NCBI RefSeq assembly: GCF_006345805.1
Contig: NC_043017.1
Span: 13,268,001-13,332,000 of the forward strand
DNA: 64,000 bases
Direction: 5' to 3'
DNA from: Octopus sinensis
Lineage: Eukaryota
The notes below the pieces were generated by a model. The model was not told where the DNA came from. It searched no databases and saw only the letters and a list, made by a program, of their open reading frames with translations. Below, one piece after another: positions 41,239-55,271 of this stretch. Within the stretch, counting starts at the first letter, position 1; each line of letters opens with the position of its first letter. A program made the position numbers and the translations under genes.

Positions 41239-41990
41239 AACAATGTTAGAAAATTCAACAACTTTTTACATCAAATATACATAATTACGAGCTGCCTTCT
41301 GGCAAGGCACGGCATGTGTTCAGCCACTCTGCCACCGTCGAAGTCATGGGACCGTAGTATGGCAGGTTGTGAAGAAGTAGGCGGCGAGCTGGCAGAATCG
41401 TTAGCACGTCGGGCGAAATGCTCAGCAGTATTTCGTCTGTCGCTACGTTCTGAGTTCAAATTCCGCCAAGGTCGACTTTGCCTTTCATCCTTTTGGGGTC
41501 AATTAAATAAGTACCAGTTACGCACTGGGGTCGATATGATCAACTTAATCCGTTTGTCTGTCCTTGTTTGTCACTTCTGTGTTTAGCCCCTTGTGGGTAG
41601 TAAAGAAATAGGTTGTAAAGAAGTACCAGAAGATCTCAACTAAGCCAATGGTGCTTCTTACATTGAAGCTGAGCAGTGGAATCCTAGAAGGTCAACGGTC
41701 AGGATCATCAAGCTCTATCAAAAGAGTAACTGCAATGCATCCATAGGGGTGGCATTGATGGTTGTGCAATCAATCAGCTAATGAAAGAATCACTAGGACT
41801 CAAGCTCCCAATTCAAATTCATAATAATGGAATTGGATGAATACGACAGAGAGTAATGGAAATTTGTGAAAGCAGTGAAAAAAAATATTCTCTACCATTG
41901 ATTAAGCAGAAAAGAAAAACATTTTTTGAATTCATATTGATAATTTAAGCTTTAAAGGATTTGATATATTGATCATTTAAAATTTCTTTC

Positions 41991-42294
41991 TTAACCCCTT
42001 ACCCAACAATTATTTTGAAAATAAATGTATTTTTTCAGACATATTTTTTATTAGTTTCAGTCAATACATGCTCTATAACTCTTTCATCTATATACAAAGA
42101 CAAAAAATCAAAAGGACTCATTGTCACTGCCAGACGTATAAAGTGAGCGAATATACTCGTATATGTCAAAAAAGAGTTTATAATAGACGAAGGAACTCGT
42201 TTGCTGTCGATTTTGGCGAGTTAACTCGCCAGAGATAGAAAAAAACGATTTCGGTCAAAATGCATGTATTCGTTTCTGTCGGGTAAGGGGTTAA
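41991..42294. mobile_element. Second piggyBac-type MITE family
   Basis: TTAA-CCCCTTACCCAACA ... TGTCGGGTAAGGGG-TTAA (13/14 TIR match). CpG-rich interior. Confidence 0.7.
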
Positions 42295-43642
42295 AATCCA
42301 AAATATAAAAGTAATCTTACGCTTCACTCATTATCAGCCAGCATAGGTCTTTAAGATCCCAACTTCTTCAGTAAATGAAAATTAAATCTGGAAAGGAAAA
42401 TAAAGTTCTAAGGTTATCAAAGAAATCAAAATATTTATATTAGGAAAGAAACTAAATTTTTAAAGACAAGAAGCAAATACAATTCTGAGAATTTCCTAAT
42501 CCCCACTCCTGGTAAGGATTAAAATACATAGTTTATGTTAAAATTTTAGTCTTAGAAATGGTACAGGTTCTTACAAGTCAAATATTGAAAGACAAACTAT
42601 TGCAGATCAATCCAATTCTTTGGCATGAAATAAATGATTTTGAGGTATTGTTTCTCTATGCTTGTGGACCTTAACAGCCTTAATTTGTAACTTCTACTTA
42701 CCTCGTGTCTTGAGGGGGCCACCTGGATACCTCATCTATCTCTCTTTCAAACACCTACTGATCACTCTGTCCCCTACTAAATGTGAGTAACTATGCAGCT
42801 CTACTACAAGAACTTGCACAGCCCTCCACCTCTTCTTGCACACTCTAAACCCACTGGTTCTCAACTTGGGTCCACTTACGATCTTGTTAAAATGTATGTG
42901 CAATTTCTTATAATAATTAATTAATTATGAAAATGGAATTTTTTTTTTCTACTCTAGGCACAAAGCTCTTTTCTTCCTGGGTGTAGGATACCAAGGACCA
43001 CATTTTTATTTCTTTACTACTCACAAGGGGCTAAACACAGAGAGGACAAACAAGGACAGACACACGGATTAAGTCGATTATATCGCCTCAGTGCGTAACT
43101 GGTACTTATTTAATCAACCCCGAAAGGATGAAAGGCAAAGTCGACCTCGGTGGAATTTGAACTCAGAACGTAATGGCAGACGAAATACGGCTACGCATTT
43201 CGCCCGGCGTGCTAACGTTTCTGCCAGCTCGCCGCCTTTACCAAGGACCACATTACCTAATGTGCCCCAGTTTTTTTAAAAACACTAGGATGAACTACGA
43301 GAGATTTGGCTGCTATTTCTAGCAAATAGAATGATCAAGTGGAGCAGTCATGGGTAACTGCAGCCCATGAGACTTTCTGAATGGCATGTTTAACAAAAAA
43401 TTACCTTGAATTTTTTAGTTGTGTGGCCTGCCAGATGATGAACCATGTCTCATACAGCTTACTGTTTGAAAAAGGTTGGCCATGCAAGATGAAGAGTTTC
43501 TCCTCCCCAGGGTGATTTGGTTACTATTTTGTAGCTAGTCAAGAAACAGCTGAGAGGATCCCACATTAGCTCCCACATCATGTTTAGAAAACGTATCAAA
43601 CACAAAAATGGACATTTAAATCATAAAACAGCTGTTCAAAAA

Positions 43643-43686
43643 AAATATATATATATACACATTACATACATACATACATACACATA

Positions 43687-43759
<73 letters not shown>

Positions 43760-44036
43760 CATATGTGTGTGTATGTGTGTATATATATATACATGTGTAT
43801 ATATATATATTTATATATATATATATATACATATATATACATGTGTATGTATGTGTGTATATATATATACATGTGTATATATATATATACATGTGTGTGT
43901 ATGTGTGTATATATATATACATGTGTATATATATATTTATATATATATATATATACATATATATACATGTGTATGTATGTGTGTATATATATATACATGT
44001 GTATATATATATACATGTGTATATATATATATATAC

Positions 44037-44067
<31 letters not shown>

Positions 44068-44074
44068 CACATAC

Positions 44075-44105
<31 letters not shown>

Positions 44106-44113
44106 CACATACA

Positions 44114-44175
<62 letters not shown>

Positions 44176-44232
44176 TATATATATATATACATATATACTT
44201 GCGTGCGCGCACACACACACACACACATATAT
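43643..44232. repeat. Compound (TA)/(TG)/(CA) microsatellite
   Basis: About 590 bp of alternating purine-pyrimidine with recurring ACATGTGT nodes. Confidence 0.97.
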
Positions 44233-44651
44233 TTACTTTGTTTTGTTTTAGAGTTCTGAACAACCATTAAATTCACAGCAGCATGGAGAGATGAATATGA
44301 AAAGAAAAAAAGAGAAAAATATATTTTCTATAACAGCTGTGATGCCATCTGCTGGCACATATATAGAATCAGATAGAGATACACACTCAGAGTCACAAAT
44401 ATATAATTTAAGTTTAGTAGAGAATACCAATAACCTTATTATTATTACTATTATTATTCAGGTCAAATTCTGCTGAGTCCAACTTTGTCTTATATCCTTT
44501 CGAGATTAATAAAATAATTACCATTTGATCACTGGAGTCGATGTAATTAGCTTATCCTTTGCCTGAAATTTGCTGGCCTTGTACCAAAATTTGATATTAT
44601 TCAAGATCACAGCATACATGTACACTGCAACATAATTTCTTTTCCTCAACA

Positions 44652-44905
44652 GGCCCTGCCCAATTTAACATTGTCTCGAAAGAGATCAAAGAGGAAAAGG
44701 ATCCCATCAACTTTAAACGGAGTCTGGATAGATTCCTTCAAGGAATACTAGATAAGCCACCGATAATTGGATACAACTCACTACTTGAATGGACCATAAA
44801 CAAAACTTGACTTAAACAGGATTCAGATAATCCTATCAGGTGGTGCTATTAAGTTAGACATGGTCTGGACCAATCTTTGGTCGAAACATATCTAAGTTGA
44901 AGTTT
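44652..44905 (+). mobile_element. CR1-like LINE 3' fragment
   Basis: GPAQFNIVSKEIKEEKDPINFKRSLDRFLQGILDKPPIIGYNSLLEW is a typical LINE RT C-terminus. Confidence 0.6.
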
Positions 44906-46835
44906 TATCTAAGTTTTATTATTATTATTAAAAGGATTTACAAAAGAAAATAGTTTCATAGAATTATGTAGGAATGAGAGAGCCTTATTTCATGAGGCCC
45001 TCTCATTCCTACTAAGCTAATACAAATCTGATCAAGTGTTGTATACAAGTTCACCAGGTTTCTTTAACAGTGGCTAGGAACCCTCTTGCCCACATTCAAA
45101 TTTGAAGTTACCATGTGATCAAATTTTCCATAATCTCATATGTAAAAAAAAACAAAAATAAAAAAAGGGGGTTTAAGCCAAAAGACAAAAAATGGTAATT
45201 TAATACATAAAGAGCATTACCCAGTCTTAGGACAGATTCACCATATTCCTACACAAGACAGAGGCAAATTGGCAGAATTAGTAGAACTTTTGACAGAATA
45301 ACTCTCAGTATTTGTTCTGACTCTCTGCACTCAAATCCTGCCAAGGTCAACTTTGCCTTTCCCCTTTTTGGAACCAATAAGGAAATACAAAACGATTCAA
45401 GGCAGTGGATTGGCAGAACTGTACAAACATTGAGCTGACTGCCTCGATCTTTGCATTCAAATCCCACTGTAGCCTACATGGTTGGTCAACTGAAGCTATT
45501 GCTCAAATTAACACTGCCATCTGGTACCTTGGGTGCAAACTCTTTCTGTTGCATGTATTTGGGCCAGGTTTGCACTGGTGCTGGTGCCACATAAAAAGTA
45601 CCCAGTAAACTCTGTAGTGGATGAAATTAGGAAGAGCCCCCAGCTGTAGAAACCAAACCAAAACAGACTAGGGAACCTGGTGTGATCCTTGGCCTTACCA
45701 GTTCCTGTCAAACCATCTAACAATCACCAGTATGGAAAACAGGTGTTAAATGACAATGGTGATGATAATGATGATTCTCCTTCCTTTCCAACAGTTTTAA
45801 GGCCCTGTAACAGGAGATGGGTACTGCTTTCTCTCCTGACTAAAAAAAAAAAAAATATTGTTTTCTAATTTGAACAAAAGGCCAGCAATTTTAGGGCAGA
45901 TGCTCAGTCAATTGCATTGAATCCAGTGCTCAAATGGTACTTATTGACCCTAGAAAGAAGAAAGGGGGGAAAAAAAAAAATCGACCTTAGCAGCATTTGA
46001 ACTCAGAATGTAAAGCCAGAAGAAATGTTGCTAAGCATTTTGCCCAGCATTTCTTTTACTTGTTTCAGTCATTTGACTGCGGCCATGCTGGAGCACCACC
46101 TTGAATGGTTTTTAGTCGAACAAATCGACCCCAGGACTTATTTTTTTAAGCCTAGTACTACTTATTCTATCATCTCTTTTCCCGGACTGCTAAGTTACAG
46201 GGACCTAAATACACTGACACTAGTTGTCAAATTTTGATTGGGGGGGGGGCAAAAACACGCTTAGATATATACATACACACACACACACACACATAAATAT
46301 ATATGTGATCACGTGACCGACCAGTCCATCAGATGTAGTTACACATCGCTGGTCACAATGTGTTCGCATTGTTTTAGCCTTCGAATGACACCACCCCGCT
46401 GGCTAAGCGAGCAGGCCAACAGAAGAAAGAGTGGGAGAAAGAGTGGTGAAAGTGTACAGCAGGGATCACCCCTTCCCCTACCGGAGCCTTATGGAGCTTT
46501 CAGGTGTTTTCGCTCAATAAACACTCACAACACCTGGGTTTGGGAATCAAAACCGTGATCCTACGACCGCGAGTCCGCTGCCCTAACCACTGTATATATA
46601 TATATGTATACACACACAATAGGCTTTTTTAGTAAAATAATTCTGTCATTATTAAGCTGGTGTTTGGAACAAATTAACATGAAATTTTAATGAGTATGCG
46701 CTGCATCTAAGCATGTCATTAAATATGGTAGCTGCAAAATAAACTTCTTAACTGCAACTGTCATGTGTGCAGCCTTTTAGCTTTTGTTTCAGTCATTAGA
46801 CAAACACAGAACATAAAAACACATGTACATAGATA

Positions 46836-47354
46836 TCTATATATATATAAAACTGTAGTTGTGTGAGTGTCTGTCTCCTACGATTTAGATTCCTAACTAC
46901 TCCCACATTTTGCGGTGCAGTTTAACCAAATTCGGGTATTTTATAGTCGTGATTAATATCGAGCCCGTCTGGCTATTAGCGCGCATCTACGATGAGTCTA
47001 CGATTTTAAAAATAATTTAACATCATTTTTTATTCCATTTTAATGCATAATTTTTCGTGTGTCGATGGCGGCGGAGTTGGCGTCCACGCTCAAACACCTG
47101 CACCTGTGTTTGCTTCTCCCCCTTCTTCCCTCCCTCGTGAAGCTGTGGGAAAGGGAGTGTAAGGAAATCAACGTCGTAATGCGTTGTCAAGGAGACCAGC
47201 GTTCTTTTAGAACAACGACTTCATGGCTTGAAGACACCAAAACAGAAATGGCTAAGAAAGCCCGAATTAGCATCTATAAGGGAAGTAACTCTCTAAAAAT
47301 GCTTATATAGTTATTTCCCTTACAAACCCGAGCAACGCCGGGCGATACTGCTAG
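46836..47354 (+). mobile_element. Non-autonomous Helitron with extra internal segment
   Basis: A|TCTATAT...CCCGAGCAACGCCGGGCGATACTGCTAG|T. Carries a GC-rich about 220 bp segment absent from 3207-3604. Confidence 0.75.
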
Positions 47355-48956
47355 TAAATATATACAATAGGCTTTTTATTTAGTTTCCGTCTACCAAATT
47401 CACTCACAAGGCTATGGTTGGCCTGAGGCTATAGTAGCAGACACTTGCCCAAGGTTCCGTGCAATGGGACTGAACCTGGAACTATATGGTTGAGAAGCAA
47501 GCTTCTTAGCACTCAGACACCCCTGTGCCTTCACACAGCTATACCTGTATGCTCACTATCATAAAACCACAACTGACTTCAGAGATGATAGATGGTCACA
47601 CAACTCTTTACTCTTTTACTTGTTTCAGTCATTTGACTGTGGCCATGCTGGAGCACTGCCTTTAATCGAGCAAATCGACCCCGGGACTTATTCTTTTAGT
47701 AAGCCCAGTACTTATTCTATCGGTCTCTTTTGCCGAACCGCTAAGTAACGGGGACATAAACACACCAGCATCGGTTGTCAAGCAATGCTAGGGGTGACAA
47801 ACACAGACACACAAACACACACACGCAGATATATATATATATATACATATATATATGACGGGCTTCTTTTCAGTTTCCGTCTACCAAATCCACTCACAAG
47901 GCATTGGTCGGCCCGGGTCTATAGTAGAAGACACTTGCCCAAGATGCCACGCAGTGGGACTGAACCCGGAACCATGTGGTTGGTTAGCAAGCTACTTACC
48001 ACACAGCCACTCCTGCGCCTATATATTTCCAACAGATTACTAATATGGGTTTCAAGAAATTAGATATCCCAGTCACACACAATATTATATTTTAAAATTG
48101 CAATTACTTACAGTGATATCAATCATAGTCTTGAGTTCGGTTTTGGATATTGTTACAAAAGTATATTTTTGAAATATCTAATAGACATTCCTACTTTTAT
48201 TAGGGGCTTTATATATAGTGCCTTCTCTCTCTCTCTCTCTCCAACCCCATCTCTCACCTTATCTTTCTTCCTGGCATCAATCTTATCTTTATATCAGCTG
48301 ACATTAATACCACTCTGCAGGTATAAACAAAATAGGGCAAGACTATTATCCCAAAAGTCATACGAGATAGATAATGCCCTTACCATATTTCTAGCAACAC
48401 TAATACCTGCCCCATTCGCATGTCTTAACCGTTTTTGTCACCTTCCTTTGCTCACAGAGGCTCCATTGCCCCACCCCACCCCATATCTATACAGCTGGCT
48501 TTCCTGTTGAGTTTTCTTTCAAGGGAGTAAGTGCACTGGTAAACGTCTGTTGGAGCAAGTTTCTGACCCAGCTTCAATTCCCACTCAGAGACATCTCAAT
48601 TTTATACTGTTAACAATTTCATTACCAAATTTCTTTTGAAATATACTGCCTTCGTTTCAATCAATTTTGAAAATAAAGTCTTTAACATAAAATAAATGTC
48701 ATTATTAAGTTGGTGTTTAAGGCGGGGAGCTGGCAGAATTGTTAGCACGCCAGGTAAAATGCTTAGTGGCATTTTGTCCGTCTTTACGTTTTGAGTTCAA
48801 ATTCCATCAAGGTCAACTTTGCCTTTCATCCTTCTAGGGCAAAAAAAAAAAAGTTCCAGGGGTCAATGTAATTGAATTATCCTCTCCCCTGTCATTGCTG
48901 GCCTTGAGTCAAAATTTGGAAACATTATTAAGATAGTGTTTGGAACATTAGTTAAC

Positions 48957-49321
48957 ACTCGCACTATGACCCGGCAACGCCAGGTCATAGTACTAGTGCA
49001 TGCATATACAGCTGCGTGCGCACATACAAGCGAGTACTGTCCAAATCTCCGACCAATTACATACAGCTAGCTGGCATTCAATTGGCGTATCAAGTTTCGG
49101 GCATTTTGACTGGGTTTTGGATAGAAAATTCACAAAAAAGTCACTTCTATTGATTTTTTAATGGCTTTGCGGGGTGACTGGGAAAAAGTAAAGATGTGCA
49201 CGACCACCCTTGGACGGTTTTGAATGACCATAGAAAGAGCAAACCCTCTAACTGAAAAATTGTGGATTTGTATAAAGGACACACACACAGACAGACATTT
49301 TGCAGTTTATATATATAGAGA
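48957..49321 (-). mobile_element. Helitron-like element with long terminal palindrome
   Basis: GCACTATGACCCGG-CAACG-CCAGGTCATAGTACTAG hairpin at one end and an A|TCTCTATATATATAAA..GTCTGTCTGTGTG 5' end at the other. Confidence 0.5.
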
Positions 49322-50002
49322 TGAAATGGAAGGTTTTAAGTAAGATCACTTTAAAAAGAAAAGAAGTTCATATTATAGAACCAAGAGCAGTCTCAGATAA
49401 GCTGGTATCAAAAGGGTTAATGTCTTTGTTAAAGAACAAAAAAACTCTCACATTTCTGCTTCTCCCAAGTGATCTGCATCTGTCTATTCTATTTGGAACC
49501 TTTCAATATTTCTCTGTTGCTTGTCAATTCTATATTTAACCAGTTATCAGCACTTCTATACATACATTATCCTCATTCAGATTCTGTACTTTCTCACTGA
49601 TAGAGAGATGCAAGATACTCCAGAGCGACGAAACTGAGGGCAATGGTATCCAAAAGATATTAAAGCATCCGGTTTGTTTTTCTAGCTTTTTATCTTGTCC
49701 TACAGAGGATTGCATAAACCAAGAAACATTAGCTTTAAGCCTCGAGAGTAAATAACTAGCAGACAAGATATTATTAGCTGATTGCACAGGAACATGCAGC
49801 AGATTTTAATCCAGAGGGAAGAACAGATATGTTACCAGCTGATTATACATGATGCATGGAGGGAAGAAAATATAATTGAATGCACGAAAGAAAAATTTTG
49901 AAGCGTTAAAGAGTATTTGAAAATTAAAAACTAATTTGCATAGCAGAGGCACAACATCTCTTCTACAGTGATGAATTAACCTTATAAAAGACCCATTGCA
50001 TA

Positions 50003-50084
<82 letters not shown>

Positions 50085-53000
50085 TGTGTGTGTGTTTAAA
50101 TGTATGTAAACATTTATATATCAACTTTCTGTTTGGTGAATATGTGAAAATATTTTTAGAACTTGAAGGAAGACCGGAATAAATTCTTGACATAAGAAAA
50201 TTTAAGATATTTTGGAGCTGATGATTTATTTAAAGTATGTAAATAAATAAATTAATTAAATAAATAAAAGCATCAGCAGCATGATATAAGTTAATTTAAA
50301 GTTTGACAGCCTGCTTTTTTTATGTGTTGTTTATTTAGTTTCACATCCATTTTTTAAACCATCCTGGGTGGTGGAATGGTTTTCAAACTTGCCTCCTAAC
50401 ATTAGGGTAGAGTATTATTACAACTGAATGCTATTGCTACATGAGTCTTCTATGAAAGGGGAGTGGTACTCTTTTTCAGGTTAGTAAACCGAGATGAGTA
50501 ACATAACCGACTATGTGCTTAACAAAATGTGCGCGGCAAGGTTTGAAAAAGTAATTACGCAACCAGCAGTTATATGCACTTTATGGTACACATGTGTATA
50601 ACATTCTTATTTTTACAACTGGTTTTCTTCTGATATCAGCATGAGTTGGACAAGACATTTTGAAGCTGTATTCTATGGCTGGATGCCCTTCCTGATTCCA
50701 ACCCTTATTTGTATCCAAGTAAACTACTTTATTTCACTGATTTTTTCCCATGTCATACTGCCAGACTGTGAGGCATAAGTAAATATTATTGCTGCTGAAG
50801 CAGTTTCAATGCAAAGATACAAAGAAGCAAATACATACATGCATACACACACACGTGCATACACCTCACTACAAATCATAATTTCATTTCAACGTCTATA
50901 GTTCCAAGCTAACATACCTTGGACAGGACAAAACTGAAACAGGATTTTTACAGCCAGAATTACTTCTTGTCACCAACCCACATCTGTTCTTCAAGTAAGG
51001 CTTTTCAGTCCAAAGGAACTTGAAAGCACAGAGCTAATGAATGATTTATCAACAGAAAATGCCGCCAACAAACACCACCAGTTGCAGACCAACAACAAAT
51101 GGCAATGTCACAGCCAGTAGTTATAACTCAGCATAGTTTTGAAAAACATTCACACAGCTACACACATAATGGGTTTCTGTACAATTTCCATCAATCAAAT
51201 TTCACTCATGATGTATTGGCCAACTCAAGGCTATAACAGGACATTTGCCCAAGGGCTACACAATAGACTGAACCTGACACTACATGGTCGCAAAGTGAAC
51301 TTAGTAATCACATAACAATGCCTGTACCTAAAAAAAAATTATTTTTTCATCTTTTAATCAAGAGGGAAGGTACCCTCTAACCAGGAACCCAACCTAAATG
51401 CTTGCAACAGAGTAGATTCAGTTAAAGGCATCCAATGTACCAACTAGTGGTATTAAACTATGTGACAGGTTAAGTCTACCACATCCAAGGTTATATATAT
51501 ATTTGTTTATATGTAAATGTACTTCAATAATTCTAACTGAATTATCATCATTTAATGTCCGTTTTCAATGCTGGCATGGATCGGACAGTTTAACTAAAAA
51601 CTGGTAAGCTGGGTTCCAGTCTGATTTGGCATGGTTGCTACAGCTGGATGCTCTTCCAAATACCAACCACTCCAAGAGTGTAGTGGGTACTTTCTACATG
51701 TCACCAGCATGGGTACCAGTTTTGTAACATCAAAAATGAAAAATCTAATAGGGAAAGATCTTCACCTTGGCACTGTCAGGCATTGATATAAACCATTAGA
51801 GAGATGGTTCAAAAATGGAATAAATTGATGTGCTGTGAAGAAGAGGGAAAATGGAATATTTTGGGAAGGACTCTTCATTGGAGTCAGAGTACTGCTGTCT
51901 GATATGTTATATTTCACTTCTTCACAGAGATGGATGCAGAAAGTGATCAATGAGTAACTCTACCATGACCTTCTCCAATTAACCAACATGACAGCAGGAA
52001 AATGACTGTACCTTGTGCACCAGCCAAGACATCATCTGGGATAAACACATCAATGAGAAGCTAAATCATGAGTGTCTTTCCAAAACCATAGTCATGGCTC
52101 ATAACGAAGGATGCTGGTACTGTGACTGCCAATGAATACAGAACTCTAATGACAAAAATAGGAGTTGTGATAGGTACAGGCACGGCTGCTTCCTAATCAC
52201 ATGGTTTTGGGTTCAGTCCCAATTTACTGCACCTTGGTAAGTGTCTTCTATTACAGACCCAGGTCAACAAAAGCTTAGTCTGTCATTATTCTCAATGCAA
52301 GTACAAATTGTAGTCACTAATTGGTGACTTTCCTATGCAGGAAAATCATCAACTATCAGATTCACTCACAAAGCTTTGGTCAGCCTGGGGTTATAGTAGA
52401 AAACACTTGCCTAAGATACCACACAGTGAAGCTGAACCCAAAACCATGCAATTTCAAAGTGAGATTTTTAGCCATGCAGCAATGCCTACACCTACATTAT
52501 TTCTGTTTTTTAATTAAAAAAAACCCCCAAAAAACTGGAGAATGTAACATTATAGCTTGCAGCTTGACAATAATTTCCCTGCTGTAAAAATTTGCAATCT
52601 TACTGTTCAGGTGCCCTGTTTTTTTGTTTCTTTTTTGTCAACATGTTTGTACAGTTTCATTATTTGAAGAAAAAAGTTTTTAAAAATTGGGTTAAAACAT
52701 GTTGAGTTTTATAATACAAACAACACACTTCAGTCATTTTAATATGCTCTTTCATTTATTCATCGTGCTATATAAAATTAATAAATAAAACCAGCCAAGT
52801 GAGCTATGTTTATGACAAAAGAACAAAAGCTAGAAAGGTGACACTACTGACAGACTTTTGTGATGCTACAATGCATTTTAGCTTATATCTGTCTGTCTCT
52901 CTGAATATATCATATTTTTTCTTGTTTCAATCATTATACCTATTTCTTTACTACCCACAAGGGGCTAAACACAGAGAGGACGAACAAGGACAGACAAACG

Positions 53001-53963
53001 GATTAAGTCGATTACATCGACCCCAGTGCGTAACTGGTACTTATTTAATCGACCTCGAAAGGAGGAAAGGCAAAGTCGACCTCGGCGGAATTTGAACTCA
53101 GAATGTAACGGCAGACGAAATACCGCTATGTATTTCGCCCAGCATGCTAACGATTCTGCCAGCTCGCCACCTTTTCAATCATTATACCAAGGCCATTCAT
53201 CGATCTCAGTACTTATTCTAAGGGTCTTTTTTGCTGAACCGCTAAGTTATGGGGGCATAAACACACCAACACCGGTTGTGAAGCAGTGGTAGGAGACAAA
53301 CAAATAGACGCAGACATATATGACAGGCTTCTTTCAGTTTCCGTCTATCAAGTCCACTCACAAGGCTTCGGTTGGCCCGAGGCTCTGACTTCAATTTTTG
53401 CCGAGGTCGACTTTGCTTTCATGCTTTCGAAGTCGATAAAATACCAGTCGAGCACTGGGGTGGATGTAATAGACAAGCGGCCTTCCACCAAAAATTTCAG
53501 GCCTTGTGCCTTAAGTAGAAAGGATGACGATGGTAATTATTAAGGCGGCGAGCTGGCTACGTTAGCACGCCGGACAAAATACTTAATTATATTTCGTCTG
53601 TTTTTACGGTCGGGGTTCGAATGTCGTCGAGGTCGACTTTGCCTTTTTTTTCTTTTGGCGTTGATAAAATAAGTACTGGCTGAATACTGAAGTCGGTTTA
53701 ATCGAATTACCCCGCCCCACCCGAACCTGCTGTCCTTGTGCCAAACTGTGAAACCGTTATTATCATTATTGCGCATATATATTTATATATGTATGTGTGA
53801 GCCCCAAAGCATTTTAGTCGGCAACCAAGATAAGTAGACAGGCATTCCACTAAATAAATAAATAGCGATGAATAAGCTATTTTTTATGCATATATATATG
53901 TGAGTTATCGATCTGCTATCAATTGAAACGGAGTAAGAAATGCTAATACACAATTACTGGACT

Positions 53964-54001
<38 letters not shown>

Positions 54002-54143
54002 TGAACTTAGTTTGATTTGAAAACCCCACTAGAATGAGAGAAAGCCCTAATACATGATCTAAGTTATATGATATATAAAAAATGTAATATACAAATAAAT
54101 ATCTGTAAATATAAAGCATCCGATTTTCTGAGTACCTCATTTC

Positions 54144-54213
<70 letters not shown>

Positions 54214-54337
54214 ATAATATAAATATAGTCCAAGGAAGGCCGAAAGTCGAAATCATCGTTACAACTCTTCTTATAAAAGTATAACATGTACTCTACAAAA
54301 ATAATTGAGCAATCCTTTAGTCTAATGTCAAATTGTT

Positions 54338-54426
<89 letters not shown>

Positions 54427-55188
54427 TACATTGAATAAGAACTAATCTAACGGTTAAAATTAAGAACGATAGATATATTTATATATTAAAAAATCTGCAA
54501 TTGAAATATAATTAATTTCATTTACCATTCTCTTACAATTCCGTGTTCAGATCTAGGACGCCTGATAGGAATCGATCCTCACTGCTACATTTTGAATGAT
54601 AGTTTATTTTATCGACACCAGAATGATGAAAGGCACAACTGACGTCGTTGGGATTTGAACTTAAGAACCATGAACTTAGCCAATAGCGAAGGCTATTTAA
54701 GTCTGATGATCTACCGGTTCAACTACCTCACTTCTTTATTCTTCTTCCATTTTAGTGTTTAATGTCTCTATTTATTTGTAAAAATACGTAAGCTTTGCAT
54801 GAAGCAACACAATAAATGCTGGTTATTTTAATATGAAAAAAAGCAAGACCAACTCTCTCTCTCTCTCCCTTTTTCGATTACAGTTGTTGCTTAGCACCAT
54901 TCGCACGAATGTATCAACTCTAATCGATTGATCAAACAACCCGTCTTTTTAAAGGGTTCCAAGGACTACATTACGTAATGTGTCCGGTCCTCATATAATA
55001 TTATAAAAGAGATTTGGCTATCATTTCTAGCAATCTTTCAGATCACGAATCCTTCGACAGCTCCTTTATATATATATTATATATATATTTCTTCACTACC
55101 CACAAGGAGCTAAACACAGAGGGGACAAACAAGGACAGACAAACGGATTAAGTCGATTACATCGACCCCAGTGCGTAACTGGTACTTA

Positions 55189-55271
<83 letters not shown>

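Noticed and set aside
43580-44276. Overlapping 100-220 aa ORFs rich in Y/I/C/V/H/T (also 55849-56813, 58375-58938, 63036-63500)
   Set aside because: Translations of microsatellites that lack stop codons.
51762-52150. Exon-like minus-strand ORF ending in AG|GTGAAG
   Set aside because: The plus strand resembles a decayed RTE endonuclease (FWEG..GV..LL...W..KVI), and adjacent frames contain stops.
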